Part shown: piece by piece, positions 29,887 through 37,396 of the stretch | Layout of the letters: every line of letters starts with the position of its first letter | Numbering within the stretch: the stretch's first letter is position 1 | Source of the DNA: a virus | Strand: one strand, 5' to 3' | IMG/VR virus record: IMGVR_UViG_3300026484_000065 | Span: 9,471 to 73,470 of that record | Length of the DNA stretch: 64,000 nucleotides | Program-made: the position numbers and the translations under genes | Notes under the pieces: generated by a model | Database searches by the model: none | What the model saw: only the letters and a program-made list of their open reading frames with translations | What the model was told of the DNA's origin: nothing

Positions 29887-29931
29887 ACCTATGCCTTTGT
29901 TTGTATTTTATTTGGTACTGCAATTATAAGA

Positions 29932-30008
29932 TAAAAAAAAATAAGATCAGAGCGTAAGCTCTGATATACCTTTAAAAAAAAATAAAACCCCACCCGTAGG
30001 TGGAGTTA
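29932..30008 (-). terminator. tandem intrinsic terminators after the RNAP gene
   Basis: Minus strand: ctccaccc-tac-gggtgggg then a T-run; atcagagc-ttac-gctctgat then a T-run. Confidence 0.75.
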
Positions 30009-30009
30009 T

Positions 30010-31755
30010 TTACTTCATACACTTTCCAGATATCACATCATCGTCATTAAGCATTTGTACATTATGCTCAATAAATTCTTTAGATTTTGTATCTGAAATA
30101 CCTATAGATGTGAAATAGTTGTGCAATATCTCTTTTCTATTATCATAGATATACTCCATGAAGTTAACAGCTTTTTGCTTAGCTTCTTCAACTTGATTAC
30201 CAGATAGCACAATAGCATCATGAATAGATATGCCATTAACATGTTTCATGATATAGTTAATCAATTGACTATCTAGATTATGTATTAATGCAGTTATGAA
30301 GAATCTTTTGAACTGTTTAAGATTTGGTACTTTCTTAATGCTAGTATTGCAGAAAGACACAATCTCTTTATCTGAAGTATATGTATAGTATTTGATAGTA
30401 TGTTCACCAACAATATCAAACCTATTACAATCTACAGTAATAGTTTCTCTACCTATTTTCAGTTCCATAGTTTCTTTTGGTACTACATTATCAAGAATGA
30501 AGTCTCCAAAATTCATAGCGTTTTTAAACACACCGTTTTTGGCCTCAAACTTAATTTTGGCAACATCCAAAGAGTTGAACTCAAGTTTGTTCTTTCTCCA
30601 GAGTTCCTGTGGAGAAGCTTGAGAGCCATACAGATGAGGAGTAAAGTATTTCTTCACTTGTTCACGTTCTAGGCCATCGATAGTCCAAACATCAGATAGA
30701 GTGTCTCCAATAACGTTTGTAGATTCAAGCATATCCCTATCACCAAGCAATAGACCTTCAACAACAAGCATAGATGCTGTAAAGTCTATTTCTACTGGTG
30801 TAGTAAATAGATGATTGTTATCTAAGTACCAACCGTCTAACTCTGCATATAGTCTTTCCAACCAGATATCTTCGTGTATATGTTTGGTACTTGAAGAGTT
30901 GTTGAATAGTCTCTGCTTGTAAGCCTTGAATCCAGCTTTTTGTTTACTGAATTCAGTTTCAGCCTTAATACCTAGTAATTCAGCAATAAATAGGTGCATA
31001 TACTTAATGTTTTCAGTATTCATCTTGTAAGGCTCAACAACCATCAATGCTCTTGCATCTTTATTGGATACAGGATTGAATACCTTCTTTAACATGTCAT
31101 AGACTTGACGGCCTCTTGAGTCAACAAGAGAGTCTCCTGCATAGTACCAACTGTTACCTTGAATAATAGCTTTTATAATCATAGAGCTTATCTCTGTATA
31201 ATGAAGTTCATCTCTTAGAGATTTATATTTCTTCATCATCTCGATAAGGTCATTATTCAGATTAGATTCTATTTGAGAATAGTATTTCTTAATCATTTCA
31301 GTATCAAATCTGAATTTGAATTCAGCATTACGTTTAAAACCATCTCTTTCATTGTTGAAAGATTTGATTCCAGATGGTCTTTTACACAATACCTTGTTAT
31401 TGATGTTTGGTACTGTATCGGATAACATATATTGCTGACCTTTGAGCTTGATTCTTAGGTCGCTCAAAGCCTTATCATCAAGCCAAATAGCTTCACGTTT
31501 TAATATCATTGTTGCGTAGTCACCACGAACTTCGCTGTTAATGATATTATTGTCAACTAAATACTTTTGAGCTTTCAGAAAGTCTTTAGTAGATTTAAAC
31601 TTGTTATGCCAATGAGGCACAGATACACTGTCCATTTTAAGTAAATACTTATAGACAATAGCCTCTGCCATTTCAATGAAAGTTTCTACAGACTCTTTAT
31701 GTTTAAAATTAACTTTAGTTTCAAATTCCTCTTCAATGTTTATATAAAATAACAT
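30010..31755 (-). CDS. T7-like single-subunit RNA polymerase (N4 RNAPII equivalent, unsplit)
   Basis: DSRGRQVY, PVEIDFTAS (motif A), REQVKKYFTPHLYGS (motif B), IHNLDS, SIHDAI (motif C). Confidence 0.92.
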   Translation of the reverse strand: MLFYINIEEEFETKVNFKHKESVETFIEMAEAIVYKYLLKMDSVSVPHWHNKFKSTKDFLKAQKYLVDNNIINSEVRGDYATMILKREAIWLDDKALSDLRIKLKGQQYMLSDTVPNINNKVLCKRPSGIKSFNNERDGFKRNAEFKFRFDTEMIKKYYSQIESNLNNDLIEMMKKYKSLRDELHYTEISSMIIKAIIQGNSWYYAGDSLVDSRGRQVYDMLKKVFNPVSNKDARALMVVEPYKMNTENIKYMHLFIAELLGIKAETEFSKQKAGFKAYKQRLFNNSSSTKHIHEDIWLERLYAELDGWYLDNNHLFTTPVEIDFTASMLVVEGLLLGDRDMLESTNVIGDTLSDVWTIDGLEREQVKKYFTPHLYGSQASPQELWRKNKLEFNSLDVAKIKFEAKNGVFKNAMNFGDFILDNVVPKETMELKIGRETITVDCNRFDIVGEHTIKYYTYTSDKEIVSFCNTSIKKVPNLKQFKRFFITALIHNLDSQLINYIMKHVNGISIHDAIVLSGNQVEEAKQKAVNFMEYIYDNRKEILHNYFTSIGISDTKSKEFIEHNVQMLNDDDVISGKCMK

Positions 31756-31779
31756 TGTGTACTCCTTAAAATTAAAAAA

Positions 31780-31809
31780 TAGGTAAGTTTATAGACATTA
31801 CCTAGGTCT
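31780..31809 (-). ncRNA. putative H-type pseudoknot 1
   Basis: Minus strand: AGAC-c-TAGGTAA-t-GTCT-ataaac-TTACCTA-T-run. Confidence 0.6.
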
Positions 31810-31825
31810 TTTGATGTTTGGTACT

Positions 31826-32407
31826 CTAGTCTTCTAAGTCAAACGCTTCTTGGTCGTCGAAGCGTTTTTGTGCTCTCTCTAGAGCTTTAGAGTTTAGAAC
31901 TTTCCATTGTTCGAGAGTACCAGTCTCGATTAATTCTGGATTTAAACCAAGACTAATCGATGCCTCTTTGATTAGAGGTTCTAATGCTTCGAAACTTGAT
32001 TCAACTCCATTAATAACTACATGGTTGTTCTTGCTGTAATAAGCAAGGTTACCAGCGTTATCAATGATGTCCTCAGCTAAGTCTTCAGATATATTGATAG
32101 CACTAAGGGCAAGCTCTCTGTCTTCAATTTTAGAGAAGTATGCAGATTTTAAAAGTCCTACGATTTTATTTGCGTAACGAGACAGTCCTTGATGAAACTG
32201 TAGTTTTCCAACAGTTGCTTCAACGATAGCTTCTAACTCTTTTAATCTATCGTTAAGAAGAGCATACTGTTCTCTTTTAGCAAATGCTTCAGTTCCAATT
32301 GTATTAAGTTCAGCAGTAAGAACTGCAACTTCATATTGTTCTTTCGCTTGTTCTTTAAAAGCCTTTTTCTTGGCTTCCAACTCTTTTAATAGTTGTTCTT
32401 TAGTCAT
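31826..32407 (-). CDS. hypothetical early protein (start ATG 32407)
   Basis: AAGGAG RBS before MTKEQ; lies directly upstream of the RNAP gene. Confidence 0.8.
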   Translation of the reverse strand: MTKEQLLKELEAKKKAFKEQAKEQYEVAVLTAELNTIGTEAFAKREQYALLNDRLKELEAIVEATVGKLQFHQGLSRYANKIVGLLKSAYFSKIEDRELALSAINISEDLAEDIIDNAGNLAYYSKNNHVVINGVESSFEALEPLIKEASISLGLNPELIETGTLEQWKVLNSKALERAQKRFDDQEAFDLED

Positions 32408-32455
32408 TTGGTACTCCTTAAAATTTATTTGTTGTAGGTCGACTAAAACCTCAGT

Positions 32456-32468
32456 AGATCCATGTCTT
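32456..32468 (-). promoter_or_regulatory. candidate phage early promoter AAGACATGGATCT
   Basis: Same motif occurs at 33213, 33229 and 34087, each shortly upstream of an RBS. Confidence 0.6.
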
Positions 32469-32518
32469 AAAAAAAAAGACACTGTTGTGTGTTGGATATT
32501 GTTGTGTTAAAAAAAAGT

Positions 32519-32561
32519 GCAGTAGTAGTCATTTATATACCGTGCCCTACTGCTGACACGG
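32519..32561 (-). ncRNA. putative H-type pseudoknot 2
   Basis: Minus strand: CCGTG-tca-GCAGTAG-gg-CACGG-tatataaatgacta-CTACTGC-ac-T8. Confidence 0.65.
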
Positions 32562-32568
32562 TTGAAGC

Positions 32569-32925
32569 TTATTGCTTCTTTTCAATGTTGATTGTAAAAC
32601 TACAATCAACATCCTCTTCAAAAGCCTCAATTAGCTTTTGAATGCTTTCAAAAGCATCGAGAACGTCGTTCTCAGTTATACTATTTGGGTGGTTCGAATA
32701 CTTGAACCCCCCAATATATTTGATGCCTTTGTGTTTATGGAGACGCACAGTCCCCAATTGTATGCGCTCAGGAGCATAATAGTCTCCTGGTATATTCGCC
32801 TGGAGCTTTACAGCCCCAGAATATAACGCTTCGAAGTTTTCTACAACGAATTTGTTTAATTTCTCATACTGATTATATATTTTGTTAGCACCGCCTTTAC
32901 TAATTGTTAATTCTAATGTTTTCAT
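32569..32925 (-). CDS. hypothetical early protein
   Basis: 118-aa ORF with AAGGA RBS. Confidence 0.75.
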   Translation of the reverse strand: MKTLELTISKGGANKIYNQYEKLNKFVVENFEALYSGAVKLQANIPGDYYAPERIQLGTVRLHKHKGIKYIGGFKYSNHPNSITENDVLDAFESIQKLIEAFEEDVDCSFTINIEKKQ

Positions 32926-32952
32926 AATTTATTTCCTTGTTTAGTTTTATTT

Positions 32953-32995
32953 GGTACTGCAATCATTTATATACCGCACCCAGTACCTGTTGCGG
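32953..32995 (-). ncRNA. putative H-type pseudoknot 3
   Basis: Minus strand: CCGCA-aca-GGTACTG-gg-TGCGG-tatataaatgattg-CAGTACC. Confidence 0.65.
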
Positions 32996-33005
32996 CTGGA
33001 GAGGT

Positions 33006-33170
33006 CTAGTACCAGTCGGCGTAGACCTTTTCATTTAACAACTCTCTAATTGAGAGTCTATCAGCAAAGTCTAACTTACTGATAGACTTCTCTGCTTCTT
33101 CTCTCGAAGAGAAGAATTTGTTGGACGCGATTGCGCCCTTGTTATCGATGATGATGAAAATTGAGTTCAT
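33006..33170 (-). CDS. hypothetical early protein (start ATG 33170)
   Basis: AAGGAG RBS before MNSIFIIIDNKG. Confidence 0.7.
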   Translation of the reverse strand: MNSIFIIIDNKGAIASNKFFSSREEAEKSISKLDFADRLSIRELLNEKVYADWY

Positions 33171-33212
33171 CTCTTTCTCCTTAAAATTAGTGTGGCTTTG
33201 AACCACTTCAAG

Positions 33213-33239
33213 AGATCCATGTCTTTTAATCCATGTCTT
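33213..33239 (-). promoter_or_regulatory. tandem candidate early promoters AAGACATGGAT
   Basis: Two copies, 33213-33225 and 33229-33239. Confidence 0.6.
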
Positions 33240-33258
33240 AAAAAAAAATGTGAATACC

Positions 33259-33336
33259 CTAATTGAAGGGTATCCACATTGGTGAACTCACCAGCACCAT
33301 GAACCATAGTGCTGGTGATAAAATAAATCTAATCAT
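33259..33336 (-). CDS. 25-aa hydrophobic peptide (not in ORF track)
   Basis: MIRFILSPALWFMVLVSSPMWIPFN; GAGGTG RBS, overlaps the upstream stop. Confidence 0.45.
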   Translation of the reverse strand: MIRFILSPALWFMVLVSSPMWIPFN

Positions 33337-33499
33337 TTTCAATCACCTCTATTATATAATCGTAGAGGTGATCTATCCAGTCGAGCATGTCCCGCTCGAC
33401 CTCGTCCATTCTTCCATTTCTAGCCTCTTCAAGAGTGCAAAAATCCCATTCCCCTAATATTCTTTCAGTCTTTTTATTTATCTTAATTAATTTATACAT
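33329..33499 (-). CDS. 56-aa acidic early protein (not in ORF track)
   Basis: MYKLIKINKKTERILGEWDF...IIEVIEND; AAGGAG RBS. Confidence 0.65.
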   Translation of the reverse strand: MYKLIKINKKTERILGEWDFCTLEEARNGRMDEVERDMLDWIDHLYDYIIEVIEND

Positions 33500-33554
33500 A
33501 ATGAACTCCTTAATATTTACATAGGCTGTGGTACTCCACTTATGAAGACCTATG

Positions 33555-33582
33555 GTAATCTTTATAGCTAGATTACAAAGCT
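33555..33582 (-). ncRNA. putative H-type pseudoknot 4
   Basis: Minus strand: AGCT-tt-GTAATCT-AGCT-ataa-AGATTAC. Confidence 0.55.
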
Positions 33583-33946
33583 GTTAAATGTACCCTTTGA
33601 GTGTATAGCTTCTTGTGTATGGTAAAGAAGTATACTTTAGGGTACAACTAATGGGTTATGTTGTGCACTATAGTTGGGTGAGTGTACTGCTAAGTGTCCT
33701 GCAAAGGACTTTGGGAAGAGCTGGGGAAAAAGCCAGACCTCTCTAGCAAGACCTCTATAGTTCCCTGTTTTAGGGGCTTTCAAGCAACTCCAGAACTAAC
33801 CCAACCAATTGACTAAACCTCCATAAACCTCAATCACCCCGTGTGGTACTATCTCAATAACCTTATAGAGTATTAACGCTCTATGTTAATTATTGTTGTT
33901 AGATAGTACCAACAGGATTATTGTTGTGGTGGTAAACGAATGGGGA

Positions 33947-34060
33947 CTACTTTTCGTCCCCATCCATTAGACCTTTAAAGGTCTCTACGTAGGCGCTTAA
34001 CGCCTTGTTAACGATTTTATAGAACACTACACTAAACCCGAATATAATTGCTAATTCCAT
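33947..34060 (-). CDS. 37-aa first early gene product with a hydrophobic N-terminus (not in ORF track)
   Basis: MELAIIFGFSVVFYKIVNKALSAYVETFKGLMDGDEK; AAGGAG RBS. Confidence 0.6.
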   Translation of the reverse strand: MELAIIFGFSVVFYKIVNKALSAYVETFKGLMDGDEK

Positions 34061-34086
34061 ATTAGCTCCTTTATTTTTATTTCAAT

Positions 34087-34099
34087 AGATCCTTGTCTT
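34087..34099 (-). promoter_or_regulatory. candidate early promoter AAGACAAGGATCT
   Basis: One-base variant of the 32456/33213 motif, upstream of the first early ORF. Confidence 0.55.
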
Positions 34100-34151
34100 A
34101 TTGTTGGGGGGGGGAGTGAAAGATGAGGAATGTGTATATAGTGTATAATGC

Positions 34152-34344
34152 CTCTAGACTTAATTATTAAATTTCCTGTCAAAACCGTTTTATGATCGCT
34201 TCATCGACTTGCTCTTAGACTTAATTTTTAAAATTTACGTATATAGCTTTTAACTTACTTCTAGACCTAATTATTAGTTTTCTTGCTATATAGTTTTCTG
34301 TTTTACCTCTAGACCTAATTATTGAATTTTACGTACATAGCTTT
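34152..34344. repeat. four direct repeats, core TAGACYTAATT, at the early/late junction
   Basis: Cores at 34155, 34216, 34262, 34310, with extended similarity (tttacgtaYatagcttt); G9 run at 34106-34114. Confidence 0.8.
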
Positions 34345-34404
34345 ATGGCTTAACCCTTCTTAGTACCACGATGCTTTATTTGGATTTATTGGTACAAGTT
34401 GATA

Positions 34405-34413
34405 TGATATAAT
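34405..34413 (+). promoter_or_regulatory. sigma70-type extended -10 late promoter
   Basis: TGATATAAT about 28 nt upstream of the gp69-like start; identical box at 53214. Confidence 0.65.
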
Positions 34414-34440
34414 ATTTCAAATTACACACAGGAGACAGCA

Positions 34441-35157
34441 ATGGGGTTAAAGATGCCACAGAAAGAAAGAAGCTATAGCAAAAGAGCTTTTGTCAAGAAT
34501 ATGCCTTATAAGAGTGGTACTCGCAAGAAGAAGAATGTATCACAGAAGGCATATGATAAAGTTATGGAGATGTTGCAAGATGGAGATATGGACTTCAGAA
34601 ATGACTTTATGACATTTAGCAAAGTATTCTCTGAGAAGAAGATATCTCTTCAACATTATGCAGAGGCTGTTAAGTTTGTTGGGTACAGATTGTTAGGGTA
34701 CAAGAATGTAGAAGCATTTAGAAGGGTTTTTCCAGAAAGAGCTGAAGCATTAGAAGAGGTTAGTTTCGAGAACTTATCTTTCGTTGCAACAAGATATGGG
34801 AACAATAAGACAGTTACTGAACTAATGTCAATGGCTATGGTGCCAACATGGATAGCAAATATGGATTATTATCAAGAGGCTATTAATGTTAATGTTATGC
34901 TTATGCGTAATGCTAAGAGTGAGATGGTTAAACATCAAGCAGCTAAGACACTAATGGAAGAATTAAGACCTCCTGAACCTGTTAAGGAGATACAGGAAGA
35001 TACAATCACAATAACAAAAGAGGATACACTTCAAGCCTTAGAAAATGCAATATTTAATCTTGCAGAAAAACAAGTTCAAGGTATAGAGGATGGGATTATT
35101 TCAACAGCTGATGCAATAGATGTTCAATTGGTTGGTACTAAAAATGAAGAAGATTAG
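34441..35157 (+). CDS. N4 gp69-like protein (candidate terminase small subunit)
   Basis: YAEAVKFVGYRLLG, VPTWIAN, YQEAINVNVMLMRNAKSEMVKHQAAKTLMEELRPPE; precedes TerL. Confidence 0.8.
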   Translation: MGLKMPQKERSYSKRAFVKNMPYKSGTRKKKNVSQKAYDKVMEMLQDGDMDFRNDFMTFSKVFSEKKISLQHYAEAVKFVGYRLLGYKNVEAFRRVFPERAEALEEVSFENLSFVATRYGNNKTVTELMSMAMVPTWIANMDYYQEAINVNVMLMRNAKSEMVKHQAAKTLMEELRPPEPVKEIQEDTITITKEDTLQALENAIFNLAEKQVQGIEDGIISTADAIDVQLVGTKNEED

Positions 35158-36712
35158 TGTAGATGAGCATTTAGACAACATAGATTATACATCGCAGTAT
35201 AGTCCAACAGTTAGTAGTGTTTATTTCACAAACTTCATAAAGCTTGTTGAAGATGGAGAGCCTGAAAATAAAACACCAGTTGTTCACCTGAGGATACTTG
35301 ATAGTATTTTTACTAGGCATCAAAGTACCGCAATCATGAGCCACAGGGGTATTGCAAAGTCAACATTGATGGAATATATATTGTGGCATTGTGCAGTGTT
35401 TGGATATATACCTGATGGTGTTGGAAAGTTTAAAGTTGATTTCGCTTTATATATTTCAGATGCAATAGACAATGGTGTTAAGACAATGAGGAAATCTATT
35501 GATAGTAGATTTGAGAGAAGCAACTTCTTAAGAAAGCATATCAAGGAAATTAAAACAACAGAGACAAGGCTAGAGTTCACAAGGATTAATGGTACAAAGT
35601 TTATAGTTAGAATGTATGGTGCTGCAACTGGTGTTCGTGGTGCCAGAGAACTAGGGCAAAGACCAACATTGGCAATACTGGATGACTTGGTGCAAAAGGA
35701 AGAACTAGCTAGAAGTAAGCCATTTATAGAAAGTATTAATTCAACAGTATATTCTGATGTTGAAGATGCAATGCACCCTACTAAAAGAAAGGTTATTTGG
35801 CTTGGTACTCCCTTTAATCAAGGGGATCCTTTATACGAGGCAATTGAGTCTGGCGCATGGAAAACAAGTGTGTACCCAATAGCAGAGAGATTCCCATGCA
35901 CAAGAGAAGAATTTAAAGGCTCTTGGGAAGAAAGATTTACGTATGATGCGGTAATGACAACATACAAGAAACGTCTTGCTGCTGGGCTTGTAGATAAGTT
36001 CTATAGGGAACTTATGCTTAAGGTAAGTTCAGAAGATGAACAGGTATTGGATGTTAATGATATTATAGAGGTAAGCGAACTAGATATTTCTAGTTGCAAT
36101 ATATATATAACAACAGATTTTGCAACAAGTGAAAAAGAGAAAGCGGATTATAGCGTTATAAGTGTTTGGGCGCTAACACAGGATAAAGAATATGTCTTGA
36201 TAGATGGTATATGCAAAAGACAATTGATGGATGCAAACGTAGAAGACCTTATGGAATTTATAGCTAGATACAGACCATTTGGAGTAAGTATAGAAAGAAG
36301 TGGTGCTCAAAAAGGGTTTATAGAATGGATAAAAGGAAAGATGATTGAGAGAGGATTATACACTCAAATATTAGGAAATATAGGTTCTAATCAAGAAGGC
36401 GTGTACCCAAGCAAGGATAAGTTAAGTAGGTTTATGGAGGTTGTTCCTTTGTTTAGATCTGGAAAAGTAAAGTATCTAAGTTCATTGGATAGCTCTTATA
36501 AATCTGAATTACTCAACGAGCTAAAGAACGTAACAATATCTGGAATAAAGTCAAAGCATGATGATGTTTTAGATACAATATCTATGCTAATTCTTTCAGA
36601 GTTGATTTTTCCAGATAGTGGTGGAAACTATTCGGAGGACCAAACAGTTCACAGGTATGATGAAATAGGTATAGAAAGCAACAATGAATTAATAAGTTTA
36701 TTTGAGGATTAA
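35144..36712 (+). CDS. terL: terminase large subunit (N4 gp68-like)
   Basis: ENKTPVVH, HRGIAKSTL, RPTLAILDD, WLGTPFN, TTDFATSEKEKADYS, SKHDDVLD. Confidence 0.95.
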   Translation: MKKISVDEHLDNIDYTSQYSPTVSSVYFTNFIKLVEDGEPENKTPVVHLRILDSIFTRHQSTAIMSHRGIAKSTLMEYILWHCAVFGYIPDGVGKFKVDFALYISDAIDNGVKTMRKSIDSRFERSNFLRKHIKEIKTTETRLEFTRINGTKFIVRMYGAATGVRGARELGQRPTLAILDDLVQKEELARSKPFIESINSTVYSDVEDAMHPTKRKVIWLGTPFNQGDPLYEAIESGAWKTSVYPIAERFPCTREEFKGSWEERFTYDAVMTTYKKRLAAGLVDKFYRELMLKVSSEDEQVLDVNDIIEVSELDISSCNIYITTDFATSEKEKADYSVISVWALTQDKEYVLIDGICKRQLMDANVEDLMEFIARYRPFGVSIERSGAQKGFIEWIKGKMIERGLYTQILGNIGSNQEGVYPSKDKLSRFMEVVPLFRSGKVKYLSSLDSSYKSELLNELKNVTISGIKSKHDDVLDTISMLILSELIFPDSGGNYSEDQTVHRYDEIGIESNNELISLFED

Positions 36713-36715
36713 AAA

Positions 36716-37393
36716 ATGGACATAACTAAATATAGAGTTTTTGTAAAAGATTATGGGTTGACTGATGATGAGTTTGAAACTATTGCTTCTGTTGTTCTAG
36801 GTGATATATTTGTTGGTACTGAGACAAACTATACAGGTATTAGTTCGACACTAAAGCATGATGAAAAAGAGATTGATTTGATGAAGAAAATAGATTCAAG
36901 TTCAGATACTGAATTAGTCTATAGTCTTGGAAAAAGTATTCCTGTTACAACAACTTCCACAACAGATATTCAGATTATCTCAATCATAGATGCAACTGTA
37001 ACTTATGAGAACAATAATGTTAAAGAAGAGATCTCTTTAATATATGATGGATTCTTAGTGAATGAAAGTGGAAATAAATATATTGTAAATACTGATGCAT
37101 TAAAATCTTTATTTGGTACTGAATACAATATAGATATAAAAATAATTGCCACAGTAAGTATTGCGCATGGCTTGATTGATGAAACGATGGAAGAGAAGAT
37201 AAGAAATGCTTTTATTGCTGGTATTCAATATTATGCTAGTACCACAATGCAATCAGCGCAAGATACGCAAACTGAACAGTTTAACTCACAAGTCTACTAC
37301 AGAGCAAAACAAGCTCTTATGTATAGATATGGAAATCAATATAGTGTTGTTGACCATAGAACAGTAGAAAACTCATGGAAACTTAGAGGATAA
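36716..37393 (+). CDS. virion structural protein (N4 gp67-like adaptor)
   Basis: Position after TerL and ~225-aa size as in N4-like phages. Confidence 0.55.
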   Translation: MDITKYRVFVKDYGLTDDEFETIASVVLGDIFVGTETNYTGISSTLKHDEKEIDLMKKIDSSSDTELVYSLGKSIPVTTTSTTDIQIISIIDATVTYENNNVKEEISLIYDGFLVNESGNKYIVNTDALKSLFGTEYNIDIKIIATVSIAHGLIDETMEEKIRNAFIAGIQYYASTTMQSAQDTQTEQFNSQVYYRAKQALMYRYGNQYSVVDHRTVENSWKLRG

Positions 37394-37396
37394 AGT

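Noticed and set aside
1549-33457. Short plus-strand ORFs overlapping the early/middle genes
   Set aside because: Antisense to well-supported minus-strand genes, Ser/Leu/Phe-rich shadow composition, no convincing RBS
33690-33800. Possible tRNA in a GC-richer non-coding stretch
   Set aside because: No T-loop GTTCRA or cloverleaf could be built on either strand; no tRNA was recognised in the window
34152-34344. Possible CRISPR array (period ~46-61 nt)
   Set aside because: The repeat core is only ~11 nt and the intervening sequences resemble each other, as in degenerate tandem repeats
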